Part shown: positions 17,195 to 27,295 of the stretch, in pieces
How the letters are laid out: each line of letters opens with the position of its first letter
Numbering within the stretch: the stretch's first letter is position 1
Origin: Candidatus Bipolaricaulota bacterium
GTDB taxonomy: Bacteria; Bipolaricaulota; Bipolaricaulia; UBA7950; UBA9294
Direction: 5' to 3'
NCBI GenBank assembly: GCA_030606565.1
Contig: JAUWGE010000004.1
Coordinates: 3,256-67,255, forward strand
DNA: 64,000 bases
Program-made: the position numbers and the translations under genes
The notes under the pieces: model-generated
What the model was told of the DNA's origin: nothing
Databases searched by the model: none
What the model saw: the letters and a program-made list of their open reading frames with translations, nothing else

Positions 17195-18253
17195 ATGGAA
17201 TTGATCGATCTCTTAGGCGAACTTTCAGACGCGTTCGGTGTTTCCGGCTTTGAGGATGAGGTACGAGAAAGGATCACGGACCTTGTTTCGCCGTACGTCG
17301 ATGAGGTAAAGACCGACACGTTGGGGAACCTCTTCGCCACACGGACGGGGAAAGAGGAGTTCACCCTGATGCTCGACGCCCACATGGACGAGGTGGGTTT
17401 CATGGTGAAGTGGATCGATGAGAAAGGGTACCTCCGCTTCACCCCGCTCGGCGGGTGGGATGAGCGAATCATCCCCAGCCACCGCGTTGAAATCCTCACC
17501 CGTTCGCGTGAGAAGCGCTATGGGGTGATCGGTTCCGCCCCACCACATATCTTAAAAGAGGAGGAACGAAAGCAGCCGATCCCTCTCGAGAAGATGTTCA
17601 TCGATGTCGGGGCTTCGTCGAGGCAGGAAGCCGTTGACATGGGGATAAACATTGGTGACCCGCTCACGATCCACTACCCGTTCACGGAACTCCACGACGG
17701 TTACGTCACGGGGAAGGCATTCGACGATCGGGTGGGGTGCGCGGTGATGATCGAGACGGCGCGTCGGCTGGCAGAGCGTGACCTTAATGTGAATGTGGCC
17801 TTCTCCTTTGTCATCGGTGAGGAGGTGGGGCTGCGCGGGGCGCGCACTGCTGCCTATCAGATCGATCCGGATCTCGCTCTCGCCCTGGAGGGGACGATCG
17901 GGGCGGACATGCCCGGGATCCCTGAGGAGAATCAGCCGGTCCGCCTCGGCCGCGGCCCAGCGATCACGGTCGCTGACCACACGATCATCGTCTCCCGTCG
18001 GATGGTCGAAGCATTGGAACAGGCAGCAGTCACTGAAGAAGCTACAATACCGTACCAATACAAATTACCCATCTATGGAGGGACCGACGCCGGTGCCATT
18101 CACATCTCCCGAGCGGGGGTCCTCACCGGCGTGGTCTCTGTCCCCTGCCGGTTCATCCATTCGCCGACCTCTACCCTGCGGTTGAACGACCTTGAGAATA
18201 CGGTCCGGTTGGTGACTAGGTTTATCGAAGCCCTCCCTGACATCCTGCCGTAG
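17195..18253 (+). CDS. M42-family glutamyl aminopeptidase / endoglucanase-like (FrvX family)
   Basis: ATG 17195 lies 7 nt after AAGGAGG. The text LLGELSDAFGVSGFEDEVRE…DAHMDEVGFMV…GKAFDDRVG…EEVGLRGA is typical of M42 peptidases. Confidence 0.85.
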   Translation: MELIDLLGELSDAFGVSGFEDEVRERITDLVSPYVDEVKTDTLGNLFATRTGKEEFTLMLDAHMDEVGFMVKWIDEKGYLRFTPLGGWDERIIPSHRVEILTRSREKRYGVIGSAPPHILKEEERKQPIPLEKMFIDVGASSRQEAVDMGINIGDPLTIHYPFTELHDGYVTGKAFDDRVGCAVMIETARRLAERDLNVNVAFSFVIGEEVGLRGARTAAYQIDPDLALALEGTIGADMPGIPEENQPVRLGRGPAITVADHTIIVSRRMVEALEQAAVTEEATIPYQYKLPIYGGTDAGAIHISRAGVLTGVVSVPCRFIHSPTSTLRLNDLENTVRLVTRFIEALPDILP

Positions 18254-18260
18254 GAGGAAC

Positions 18261-18339
18261 GTCGCAGACCTGTCTGCCTTGCCTGCCTGTGCGTGTTCGC
18301 ACGCAGACAGGTGGACGCAACAGGCAGGCAAGCGGCGAC
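18261..18339. terminator. GC-rich multi-stem palindromic element between convergent genes (probable bidirectional terminator)
   Basis: Perfect complements are present: cttgcctgcctgt (18278-18290) with acaggcaggcaag (18320-18332); cctgtctgc (18269-18277) with gcagacagg (18303-18311); gtgcg (18289-18293) with cgcac (18298-18302); gtcgc with gcgac at the ends. Confidence 0.4.
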
Positions 18340-18479
18340 GCTACAGAGAAATCACCCTTTGGAACAGTATTTCGTAGCGTCGGGGCTTGCCCCCGACGTT
18401 AAGCAGCCGGACGCTGATGTCGTATCGCTTCATCAGCGTCCGGCCTTGATTCACACGGTCCTTGCAAAGTGGAAAATTT

Positions 18480-19709
18480 TCACGACGCGGCAAGCCCGAC
18501 GCGCTTGGCGGCAAGCTCCTCGCGCACGACCTGACAGAGACGCTTGATCCCCTCCTCAATCTCATCTTCACTGTTTACGGAAAAAGAGAGGCGCATCGTA
18601 TTCTTCCCGCCCCCATCGATGTAGAATGCTCTTCCGATAACGTATGCAACCTTGTGTTCCAGGGCGCGGGGAAACATCTCCTCGGTATCGATCACCTCGG
18701 GAAGACGGACCCACAGGAACAGGCCGCCATCAGGACGAGTCCAAGTAATCCCTTCCTCCGTTGGCATGTACTTCTCGAGCGCGGCGATCATCGCGTCGCG
18801 CTTGGCGTGATAGCGTTCGCGCAAAATCCTCAGGTGATCCTCCATCCCGTAGTCTTTGATGTACCGAGCCGCCAGATGCTGCGTGAGCTTGGAGGTGCAC
18901 AGGTCCGAGGCCTGCTTCATCCGTATAAGGATCTCTATCAGATCCTCCTGGGCAATCAGGAATGCCAGTCGCAGTCCCGCCGACAACACCTTGGATAGGG
19001 TAAAGAGCATGATCACCCGACCGTTTTCATCCATGCTCTTAAGCGTCGGTACCGCCTCTCCTGCGAACCGGAGCTGACTATAGGGGTTATCCTCGAAGAT
19101 CAGCAAGTCCTCCCGTTGGGCAATCTCAAGCAGGCGCTTGCGCTTCTCAAGTGACATTGTGATCCCAGCCGGATTCTGGAAGTCAGGGATCACGTAGATC
19201 GCCTTGAGCACCTTGCTCACTCGCCTCGCCTCAGCGATCTGCTCCTCGAGGACGTCGAGGTCCATCCCATCCTCTTGCAGCGGGACCCCGATCTTATCAG
19301 CCTGAAATAGGCTAAACGACTGGATCGCCCCCAGATAGGTAGGTAGGCCACAGAAGACGACATCTCCTGGGTCAAGGAACGCCTTGGCTAATAAGTCCAA
19401 CCCTTGCTGCGAGGCGGTCGTAACTAGCACCTGATTTAAGCTCAGGTCCAGTCCCTGCGGCCGCAGCCAGTCGATCACGGCGCGGCGTAAGGTCAGGCTT
19501 CCCTCGCTCAGCCCGTACTGAAGGACGTTACGGTAATGCCCACGCAGCTCGTCGGCCGCGATCTTGGCTAACTCCTCGTGTGGGAAGGTCTCAGGGTCGG
19601 GGAGCCCACCGGCGAACGAGATGATCTCCGGTTTCTCAGTCAACTTGAGGAGTTCACGGATTGCAGAACGCGCTGTGCCTAACGCGCGTTGGGAAGTATG
19701 TCTTTTCAT
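18480..19709 (-). CDS. PLP-dependent aminotransferase, class I/II (2-aminoadipate/aromatic aminotransferase-like)
   Basis: 409-aa ORF with the IISFAGGLPDPETFP motif and a PLP-lysine region (FTLSKVLSAGLRLAF). Confidence 0.8.
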   Translation of the reverse strand: MKRHTSQRALGTARSAIRELLKLTEKPEIISFAGGLPDPETFPHEELAKIAADELRGHYRNVLQYGLSEGSLTLRRAVIDWLRPQGLDLSLNQVLVTTASQQGLDLLAKAFLDPGDVVFCGLPTYLGAIQSFSLFQADKIGVPLQEDGMDLDVLEEQIAEARRVSKVLKAIYVIPDFQNPAGITMSLEKRKRLLEIAQREDLLIFEDNPYSQLRFAGEAVPTLKSMDENGRVIMLFTLSKVLSAGLRLAFLIAQEDLIEILIRMKQASDLCTSKLTQHLAARYIKDYGMEDHLRILRERYHAKRDAMIAALEKYMPTEEGITWTRPDGGLFLWVRLPEVIDTEEMFPRALEHKVAYVIGRAFYIDGGGKNTMRLSFSVNSEDEIEEGIKRLCQVVREELAAKRVGLAAS

Positions 19710-19776
19710 TAATCTCTCCTTGCGCTGCGCTCCTTAGTGCAACGCCCTTTATTGTACGGTGCGCAAACCCTTACTG

Positions 19777-20346
19777 TCAAAAGAGAAACCGCTCGAACAC
19801 AGGAAGGAGATAGGCAGCGGTGAACGAACCGAGAAGTGCGCCACAGATGACGTCAAGCGGGTAGTGCTCCCTCACATAGACACGAGAAAGAGCGATTGTG
19901 ATCGCAACTAAGTATGCGGCGAGCTGGATGAGGATGTTCGGATAACATACGGTGATTACCCAGGCAAGCCCGAACGAGATAGTGGCATGCCCAGAGGGGA
20001 AGGAATAGCTATCGATCAAACGCGAGCGGAGGCCAAAAAAGACCAGCGCCGGTCGTGGGCGATTGAACATTAGCTTAAACAGGCGGAAGACAGCTATATT
20101 GACAATCGAGATCCCTAGGCCGACCAACACATAGCTCCGGTCGATCGGTGAGCCAAATATGATCAACCCCAGGGCAAGTCCACCCCACAGGTAACCGTCG
20201 CCGAGGTAGGTGGCAATGACGAACAGGAGTGAAAGCCTCTTGAGAAGAGGGTGCCCGCTGATCGCCTGCATAGTTTCGGCATCCCAGCGCAGAAGCTCCT
20301 CGATAGCAAGGTCCCATCGACTCACTAGGCGCGTCCAAGTGCTCAT
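19777..20346 (-). CDS. PAP2-family phosphatase
   Basis: Acid-phosphatase motifs KLMFNRPRP … PSGHA … SRVYVREHYPLDV, with multiple TM helices. Confidence 0.8.
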   Translation of the reverse strand: MSTWTRLVSRWDLAIEELLRWDAETMQAISGHPLLKRLSLLFVIATYLGDGYLWGGLALGLIIFGSPIDRSYVLVGLGISIVNIAVFRLFKLMFNRPRPALVFFGLRSRLIDSYSFPSGHATISFGLAWVITVCYPNILIQLAAYLVAITIALSRVYVREHYPLDVICGALLGSFTAAYLLPVFERFLF

Positions 20347-21815
20347 CTTCTCGCCTCCCTTGCCCGCAGGGTGGGAAAGAGGATCACGTCGCGGATGGAG
20401 CGAGAGTCAGTAAAGAGCATAGCCAATCGGTCGATTCCGATCCCAATCCCGCCGGTCGGCGGCATCCCATGTTCCAAGGCAAACAAGAAATCCTCGTCCA
20501 TTCGCTGCGCCTCATCATCCCCAGCCTCTCGCAGACGCTCCTGGTCCTCAAAGCGAGCGCGTTGGTCGATGGGGTCATTCAACTCGGTGAACGCGTTGGC
20601 GATCTCGACCCCACCGATGAACAACTCGAACCGCTCCACGAATCCTTCCGTGCCCTGTTTCCTCTTGGCAAGCGGCGAGATGTCCATTGGATAGTCCTTG
20701 ACAACCGTCGGTTGAATCAACCCGGGTTCGACGAATCTCTCAAATAGGCGCTCGATGAGTTTCCCGTGTGAGAGCTCTGGAAGCTCAATCCCCTTCTTTC
20801 GAGCTTGCTTTCGAATGTCTGACTCTGTAACTCCATCAAGGGAAAGGCCAGTGGCTTCTTCCACCGCTTGCACGAGGCCGATCCGCCGCCAGGGAGGGGA
20901 AAGGTCGATCTCGTTCCCCTGGTAGGCGATGCGCGTCGAACCCACGGCCGCCTGCGCGCTCTCTGCCACCAACTCCTCCACGAGGGACATCATCCCCTCG
21001 TAGTCGGAGTACGCCTCGTAGATCTCCAGGATGGTGAACTCAGGGTTGTGCTCAGTGGAGACCCCCTCGTTGCGGAAGCTTTTCCCCAATTCATAGACTC
21101 GTTCCAGGCCGCCAATCACCAACCGCTTCAGGTAGAGCTCGGGAGCAACGCGCAGGTAGAGGTCGATGTCCAGTGCATTGTGATGGGTGACAAACGGCCG
21201 TGCCGTAGCGCCACCGGCGATCGGCTGCATCATCGGTGTCTCTACCTCGAGGAAGCCGCGGGCGTCAAGGAAGCGGTGCATCGCAGAGACCATGCGGGAG
21301 CGGCGGACGAACGCCTCCCGTACCGCCTGGTTAGCGACCAGGTCAAGCGAGCGATGCCGATAACGAAGCTCAACGTCCTTCAAGCCATGCCACTTCTCCG
21401 GCAAGGGACGGAGTGCCTTTGAAAGAAGTGACCATTCCACTACCTCCACCGTCAACTCTCCCATCTTGGTGCGAAAGACATCGCCCCTCACCCCGAGGAA
21501 GTCGCCGATATCGCTCGAACACAACTCTTGGTAACGCTCTTCGCCCAGCCTGTCGGCAGACGCATGCACCTGGATCTTGCCACTTCCATCCCGTAAGTCG
21601 AGGAACGAAGCCTTACCCATACGACGGAGGGCAACCAGCCGACCGGCGACCGTCACCTGCTCGCCACTTTGCTTCTCCTCTTTAAGAAAGGAAAAATGGG
21701 CGCTTACTTCGCCGATGGTATGACTGCGAGAGAACCGGGCAGGATAGGGATCAATCCCTTTCTCCCTCAGTCCTTTAAGCTTCTCCAGCCTGGCCTGGAT
21801 CAGCGACTCTTTCAT
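20343..21815 (-). CDS. lysS: lysine--tRNA ligase (class II)
   Basis: 490-aa ORF with an N-terminal OB fold (VTVAGRLVALRRMGKASFLDLRDGSGKIQ), class II motifs (FRNEG…, GIGIDRL) and LysRS length. Confidence 0.95.
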   Translation of the reverse strand: MKESLIQARLEKLKGLREKGIDPYPARFSRSHTIGEVSAHFSFLKEEKQSGEQVTVAGRLVALRRMGKASFLDLRDGSGKIQVHASADRLGEERYQELCSSDIGDFLGVRGDVFRTKMGELTVEVVEWSLLSKALRPLPEKWHGLKDVELRYRHRSLDLVANQAVREAFVRRSRMVSAMHRFLDARGFLEVETPMMQPIAGGATARPFVTHHNALDIDLYLRVAPELYLKRLVIGGLERVYELGKSFRNEGVSTEHNPEFTILEIYEAYSDYEGMMSLVEELVAESAQAAVGSTRIAYQGNEIDLSPPWRRIGLVQAVEEATGLSLDGVTESDIRKQARKKGIELPELSHGKLIERLFERFVEPGLIQPTVVKDYPMDISPLAKRKQGTEGFVERFELFIGGVEIANAFTELNDPIDQRARFEDQERLREAGDDEAQRMDEDFLFALEHGMPPTGGIGIGIDRLAMLFTDSRSIRDVILFPTLRAREARR

Positions 21816-22294
21816 TTTTTATTGATCGCGATGACACGAAAGCGCGTCGTCCCTGAAGGGAGATCGACCTTAACCTCATCCCCCTCGGCTTTTCCGAGGA
21901 GAGCCTTCCCCACCGGTGAGACAATGGAGATCTTGCCCTTCTCCAAGTCGACCTCAACCGGGCTCACAAGGCTAAAGGTCCCACTCTCCATGATGTCGAG
22001 ATCCTGAAGGATGAAGTTAGACCCGATACCGATCTCCTCAGCTGAAATCTCCTCATCGGGGATGATCTCCGCTCTCTCCAGGATCGAGGTGAGCCGACGC
22101 ACCTCACGCTCGTAGTACTGCTGCTCGCTTTGTAGGTATATGTACTCCTTGTTCTCGCGCAGATCACCTCCGTTCAGCTTTGAGGCCTTCAGCTTCTCAG
22201 GGATCTCCTCGTAGAGGATCTTCTTAGCATGCTCGAGCTCCTGCTGCATCAGTGCATTTCCCTCTTTAGTCAGAAAGACTTTTTCCTTGTTCAT
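21812..22294 (-). CDS. greA: transcription elongation factor GreA
   Basis: 160-aa ORF with a coiled-coil N-terminus carrying GDLRENKEY and a C-terminal FKBP-like domain (…ISIVSPVGKALLGK..GDEV). Confidence 0.9.
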   Translation of the reverse strand: MNKEKVFLTKEGNALMQQELEHAKKILYEEIPEKLKASKLNGGDLRENKEYIYLQSEQQYYEREVRRLTSILERAEIIPDEEISAEEIGIGSNFILQDLDIMESGTFSLVSPVEVDLEKGKISIVSPVGKALLGKAEGDEVKVDLPSGTTRFRVIAINKK

Positions 22295-22652
22295 TTTTCA
22301 CCTCCGTGCCAGCGGCCTCCCGAAACTCTTTGATTAACAACCGCTTGACCTCTTCCGCTTCACACCCCTGGCACACCTCGTGCGGTCGTACGATGATGTC
22401 CATCCCAGTGAAGAGCTCACTATTTCGACGGAAGGTCTCCCGAATTACCCGCTTCATACGATTGCGCTTTACCGCGGTCCCCCATCGCCGCTGAATCACA
22501 ATCCCCAGCCTTGCTGGCCCTTCTCTTTGGAAGATGTGAAAAGAAAAATACGCTCTTTTCCTCGCCACCCCACAACGATAGACTCGTTTGTAATCCGACC
22601 TTTTCTTAAGTCGCATAGTGGCAGGAAATCGACCTTTGCCACCATCGTACAT
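22266..22652 (-). CDS. rnpA: ribonuclease P protein component
   Basis: GRFPATMRLKKRSDYKRVY…ARLGIVIQRRWGTAVKRNRMKRVIRETFR carries the RnpA RNR motif. The start is chosen at ATG 22652 (MYDGGKG…). Confidence 0.7.
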   Translation of the reverse strand: MYDGGKGRFPATMRLKKRSDYKRVYRCGVARKRAYFSFHIFQREGPARLGIVIQRRWGTAVKRNRMKRVIRETFRRNSELFTGMDIIVRPHEVCQGCEAEEVKRLLIKEFREAAGTEVKNEQGKSLSD

Positions 22653-22719
22653 AGGTGAAACTATAGCGAGGAAACTCCTGGTTTTCAAGGATTCCTGCTT
22701 TCCCTTCATTTTTTGACAC

Positions 22720-23964
22720 GTGGAAGATACACTCCATAAGAAGATGCGCGAAGAGCGAATATACACTATATCCGAATTGAACCGGAAGGCCCGCCAGATC
22801 CTAGAGGGTGAGATCGGATCCGTTTGGTTGAAGGGGGAGGTTTCCAACCTGACCCGTGCGATGTCTGGACACCTCTATTTCACGCTTAAGGACGAGGGAT
22901 CACAGATCTCCGCGGTCCGATTCAAAGGGCGCTCGGCGTTTCTGCCCTCCCCAACAATCGAGGACGGGATGGAGATCCTCGCCTATGGGCGGCTAACCAT
23001 CTACGAGCCGCGGGGCCGTTATCAGTTCGTCGTCTCCATTATCCAGCCGGCCGGCGTGGGAGCACTGCAGCTTGCCTTTGAACGATTGAAGGAAAAACTC
23101 GGAAGAGAAGGCCTGTTCGACAAAGCTCACAAAAAGCCGCTCCCTGCCTTTCCACAACGCATCGGGGTAGTGACCTCGCCCACCGGGGCAGCGATCCGCG
23201 ACATTTGGTCAGTCCTTGAGCGGCGCTGGCCCCTCGCCGAGGTCTATCTCTTCGCAAGCTCGGTCCAAGGTGAAACCGCTGCCGAGGAGATCGTCATGGC
23301 GATTGGGCGAGCAGAGGCGTTCAACCAGCGCGAGACCCCGCTTGATCTATTGATCGTCGGTCGCGGCGGTGGGTCGCTCGAGGACCTCGCTTCATTCAAC
23401 GAGGAGCGGGTCGCCCGGGCGATCTTTGACTGCGAGGTCCCCATCGTCTCGGCCGTCGGCCACGAGATCGACTTTACCATTGCTGACTTCGTCGCCGACC
23501 TGCGCGCCCCTACCCCCTCTGCCGCCGCCGAGCTCGTCACCCCTGATCACTTTGAGGTTCTCACCTCTCTTGTCGCCTTCCTTGCAAAATCGCAGCGAAA
23601 CATGCGCGCCCTCCTCGAACGTAGAGCGCAAGGGCTACAGACACACCTCAAGGGATACATCTTCCGCATCCCCGGACGAAGGGTAGAGATGCTCGCCCAG
23701 GGGCTCGATCTGCGCCTCGCTGAGCTTCTCCGACTGACCGGGGAGGCGTGGAAGAAGCGCCAGCGCGACGCAACTAGGTTGGAGGATCTCCTGCGCCTCG
23801 CCGACCCCTCCTTACCTCTTCGCCGCGGCTACTCCCTCACTTTCACCCCTGGCAAGCCAACCCCACTCCGTAACGTCACTTCCCTCTCCCCGGGAGAGCG
23901 GATTGAAACCCGCCTGTTAAACGGAAGGATCCTGTCACAGGTGGAGGAGGTAATAGAGAGTTGA
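22720..23964 (+). CDS. xseA: exodeoxyribonuclease VII large subunit
   Basis: 414-aa ORF with the N-terminal OB fold (YTISELNRKARQILE…VWLKGEVSN…SGHLYFTLKD) and the catalytic region (VVTSPTGAAIRD…IVGRGGGSLEDL). Confidence 0.9.
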   Translation: MEDTLHKKMREERIYTISELNRKARQILEGEIGSVWLKGEVSNLTRAMSGHLYFTLKDEGSQISAVRFKGRSAFLPSPTIEDGMEILAYGRLTIYEPRGRYQFVVSIIQPAGVGALQLAFERLKEKLGREGLFDKAHKKPLPAFPQRIGVVTSPTGAAIRDIWSVLERRWPLAEVYLFASSVQGETAAEEIVMAIGRAEAFNQRETPLDLLIVGRGGGSLEDLASFNEERVARAIFDCEVPIVSAVGHEIDFTIADFVADLRAPTPSAAAELVTPDHFEVLTSLVAFLAKSQRNMRALLERRAQGLQTHLKGYIFRIPGRRVEMLAQGLDLRLAELLRLTGEAWKKRQRDATRLEDLLRLADPSLPLRRGYSLTFTPGKPTPLRNVTSLSPGERIETRLLNGRILSQVEEVIES

Positions 23965-24176
23965 AGATCGACGAGACCCTAAGGAAATTGGAAGAGATCA
24001 CCAAACGCCTTGAGGAGGAGGATCTTCCCCTGGAGGAGGCGCTTCACCTGTTCGAGGAAGGAATCACCCTTGCCGCGAAGATCAAGACTGAACTCGACCA
24101 AGCAAAGCTGAAAATCCAACAAGTGATCGAGAAGGCAAAGGACGTGTTCTCGCTCGAGGACTTTGACCTCCAATAG
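23961..24176 (+). CDS. xseB: exodeoxyribonuclease VII small subunit
   Basis: 71-aa helical ORF (LEEITKRLEEEDLPLEEALHLFEEGITL) whose start overlaps the xseA stop. Confidence 0.85.
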   Translation: MKIDETLRKLEEITKRLEEEDLPLEEALHLFEEGITLAAKIKTELDQAKLKIQQVIEKAKDVFSLEDFDLQ

Positions 24177-24197
24177 GTGTTCCCTATAATCGGGCTT

Positions 24198-25139
24198 ATG
24201 CAAGAGGGCAAGTCATACGATGTTGTGATCATTGGCGGAGGGCCAGCAGGGCTGACTGCGGCGATCTACGCCGGGCGTGCGCTCCTCTCCACCCTCCTTC
24301 TCGAGAAGGCCATCCCTGGTGGACAGTTAAACGAGACCGATTTCATCGAGAACTTCCCTGGTTTCGAGGAGAAGGCCAGTGCCCCTGAGCTGATGCAACA
24401 AATGCGCAAGCAGGCAGAACGGTTGGGTACGGAGATCCTTCTCGATGAGGTAACTGGGATCGAGCCCACCTCCCACCACTATCGGATTACGGGAGCAAGG
24501 GAAGAGTTTGAGACACGGTCGGTAATTATCGCAACAGGGTCGCGGCCGCGTGAAATCCTGGCAGATGGGGCAAAGCGCCTCAAAGGCAAGGGGGTCTCCT
24601 ACTGCGCCACCTGCGACGGCTATTTCTTTCAGGGAAAGAAGATCCTCGAGGTAGGGGCGGGGGATTCGGGTCTGACCGAGGCACTCTTCCTCACCAAGTT
24701 CGTGGAGTCGGTAGGGATCATCGTCCGCCATCAAAGAAGCGACCCGCATGCTCTGCGCGCCTCGCCGATCCTGAAGAAACGGGCACAGGAACACCCCAAG
24801 ATCACCTTCTTATGGAACAAGGTAGTGGATAAGGTAGTAGGAGAGAAACGCCTTACAGGGGTACTGCTAAAGGATCTTGCCACCGGCGAAGTGGAAGAGG
24901 TGAAGGTCGACGGTCTGTTCATCAACATTGGACACCTCCCCGAGACGGACTTTCTGGAAGGGACGCTCAATCTGGATGAGCACGGATACATCATCACCGA
25001 TGATCGCCTGCGCACCAATCTCCCAGGGGTCTTCGCCGCCGGAGACGCACGCATCGTTACCAGCCGCTATGCACAGGCCGTCATTGCCGCTGGAGATGGA
25101 GCCATCGCCGCCATCGAGGCGGAGAAGTACCTATCTTAG
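24198..25139 (+). CDS. trxB: thioredoxin-disulfide reductase
   Basis: YDVVIIGGGPAGLTAAIYA, the redox-active CATCDG, and GDSGLTEALFL (NADPH site). The start is set at ATG 24198. Confidence 0.9.
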   Translation: MQEGKSYDVVIIGGGPAGLTAAIYAGRALLSTLLLEKAIPGGQLNETDFIENFPGFEEKASAPELMQQMRKQAERLGTEILLDEVTGIEPTSHHYRITGAREEFETRSVIIATGSRPREILADGAKRLKGKGVSYCATCDGYFFQGKKILEVGAGDSGLTEALFLTKFVESVGIIVRHQRSDPHALRASPILKKRAQEHPKITFLWNKVVDKVVGEKRLTGVLLKDLATGEVEEVKVDGLFINIGHLPETDFLEGTLNLDEHGYIITDDRLRTNLPGVFAAGDARIVTSRYAQAVIAAGDGAIAAIEAEKYLS

Positions 25140-25270
25140 GGGAGGCCGACCCCATGTGTATTTGACGATTCCAAAGTTAGTTACACGCACGGTTAAGCGC
25201 TCTCCCAATCGCCCGTTTCCACAGACGAGCACAATGGACATCAAGCATCACCTCTACAAAGGAGGTAATC

Positions 25271-26911
25271 ATGTATCCAACGGTAAATGACCTATTCAAC
25301 GAGGCAGTTACTGCTCACCCTGAGGATGTAGCGCTACGCATGCTGATCCCCAAGGAGAGAAAACGGGGCCGGGGTATCCGGCTTATTCTGAATGAGATCT
25401 CCTACAGCCGACTGGGAGAGACGGTCGGCCGTCTTGCCGCCGCCCTTGCCGAGCTGGGAGTCAAGAAGGGAGACAAGGTGGCCCTTATCTCCAAGCCGCG
25501 CGCCGCGTGGGCAACTGCTTTCTTCGGGATACTCCACTGTGGGGCCACTGTGGTCCCCCTCGACCCGGAATTACAGCAAGGCGAGATCGAACGGATTCTT
25601 ACTGAGGCTGAGGTAAAGGGGATTGTTCTTTCGGGCGGCAAAGCGAGTGACTTAGAAGCAATCAAAGAACGTTCCCTCTCGGACCTCTTTCTGATCTCGA
25701 TGGATCGCCCTGAGACAGACGAGATCCTCTTCCTCGACGCCCTCGTCCTCCGCCAAAAACCTCTTCCCTCAGTCAAGGTCAGCCCAGATGATCTCGCGAT
25801 ACTGATGTACACCTCGGGAACCACCGGGAACGCTAAGGGGGCGATGCTCACCCACGCCAACATCTCCTCCAATGCCCTCACTACCATCAAAATCGTCGAC
25901 CTCTCTTCTAAGGATAATTTCCTCTCTATCGTTCCCTGGCATCACATCTATGGACTTACAGTCACCTTGATCTGCCCAATCTGCACGGGTGGCACAACAA
26001 CATACGCACCAGTCGACCGAAACCTCGCCCAGGTCATGCTAAAGGCAAGGCCGACGATCCTCCTCGGTGTTCCCAAGCTATACCATATTCTTTATGGAAA
26101 AATACGCCAGTCGATTGAAAAGAGCCTTATAAAGAGAACTATCGACCACCTCTCCCCCACCCTGATGGGGAAACTGGTAACACGGAAGCTGTTCGGAAAG
26201 AACTTCCGCTTCTTAACCTCGGGTGGGGCGCCCCTAAACCCCGAGGTAGCGAGTGGATTCCGACGGATGGGGATCGGAATTTTAGAAGGCTATGGCCTTA
26301 CCGAGACCGCTCCCTTGCTCACCATGTGCGAGGCGTTCTCAGAAGTGCCAGGGATGGTGACTATCAAAGGAGTAGAGATCCGGGTCGATCACCCAGATGA
26401 GAACGGAATCGGCGAGGTTTTCGCCCGGGGGCCAAACGTGATGGCCGGATACTACAAGAACCCCGAGGCAACGCGAGAAGTCATCGACGAGGAGGGTTGG
26501 TTCCACACCGGCGACCTCGGCCGTCTAGAGGCAGGGAGGCTCATCCTTTCCGGCCGGGCCAAGAACGTGATCGTTCTTGAGACGGGAGAGAACGTCTACC
26601 CAGAAGAGATCGAGTGGGAACTTCTGAACATCCCAGCAATCGAGGAGATCATGATCCACGAAGGGGAGCGCCAGGGGGCGCCAGCGGTAGCGGCAATGAT
26701 CTATCCAAACTGGACGCTCCTCAAGGAACAGGGAATCACTGACCCTGACAAGGCCCTCGATCACATCTGGGAAAAGATTAAGCTGCGCAGTGAGAACCTG
26801 GCAGTCTTCAAGCGGATCAAAAACAAGGATTTGGTCTCGCTCGTCGATCAGCCTTTCGAGAAAAGCGTCAAGCTCGACATCAAGCGCTACGTCTACCAGA
26901 AACAGGAGTAA
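25271..26911 (+). CDS. AMP-dependent synthetase/ligase (long-chain fatty acid--CoA ligase-like)
   Basis: AMP-binding motif LMYTSGTTGNAKGAML, then GYGLTET and …HTGDLG…. Confidence 0.85.
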   Translation: MYPTVNDLFNEAVTAHPEDVALRMLIPKERKRGRGIRLILNEISYSRLGETVGRLAAALAELGVKKGDKVALISKPRAAWATAFFGILHCGATVVPLDPELQQGEIERILTEAEVKGIVLSGGKASDLEAIKERSLSDLFLISMDRPETDEILFLDALVLRQKPLPSVKVSPDDLAILMYTSGTTGNAKGAMLTHANISSNALTTIKIVDLSSKDNFLSIVPWHHIYGLTVTLICPICTGGTTTYAPVDRNLAQVMLKARPTILLGVPKLYHILYGKIRQSIEKSLIKRTIDHLSPTLMGKLVTRKLFGKNFRFLTSGGAPLNPEVASGFRRMGIGILEGYGLTETAPLLTMCEAFSEVPGMVTIKGVEIRVDHPDENGIGEVFARGPNVMAGYYKNPEATREVIDEEGWFHTGDLGRLEAGRLILSGRAKNVIVLETGENVYPEEIEWELLNIPAIEEIMIHEGERQGAPAVAAMIYPNWTLLKEQGITDPDKALDHIWEKIKLRSENLAVFKRIKNKDLVSLVDQPFEKSVKLDIKRYVYQKQE

Positions 26912-26921
26912 TGCTGCACCA

Positions 26922-27197
26922 CTAGCTGTACCGGATACGAAATCCCCGCTCGTCCTGGGGCTCTGACCACTCAAGCTCCACGTCCTCCACCCGCGAGGCC
27001 GGCGGGCCTAGGCGCACCCAGTCGAGGAAGGAAGCGACCTTCTCCTCCCCTCCCTCGGCAACGATTTCCACTCGCCCATCAGGGAGGTTGCGCACCCAGC
27101 CAGCCAGAGCAAACGCCCGCGCCTTCTTATGCGTGTGCGCGCGGAAGTAGACCCCCTGGACGCGACCGGAGACGAACAGATGCACTCGCTTGGTCAT
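26922..27197 (-). CDS. acylphosphatase
   Basis: VHLFVSGRVQGVYFR…AGWVRNLPDGRVEIVAEG is the acylphosphatase signature. The start is at ATG 27197. Confidence 0.85.
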   Translation of the reverse strand: MTKRVHLFVSGRVQGVYFRAHTHKKARAFALAGWVRNLPDGRVEIVAEGGEEKVASFLDWVRLGPPASRVEDVELEWSEPQDERGFRIRYS

Positions 27198-27295
27198 ATT
27201 TCTCATCGTACCCCACAAGCTCTCTCTCGAAAAGGCCTCTTGTCAAGCGATATTTATTGTACTATACTTAACACATCTGAAAGGGGGTGAACAAT

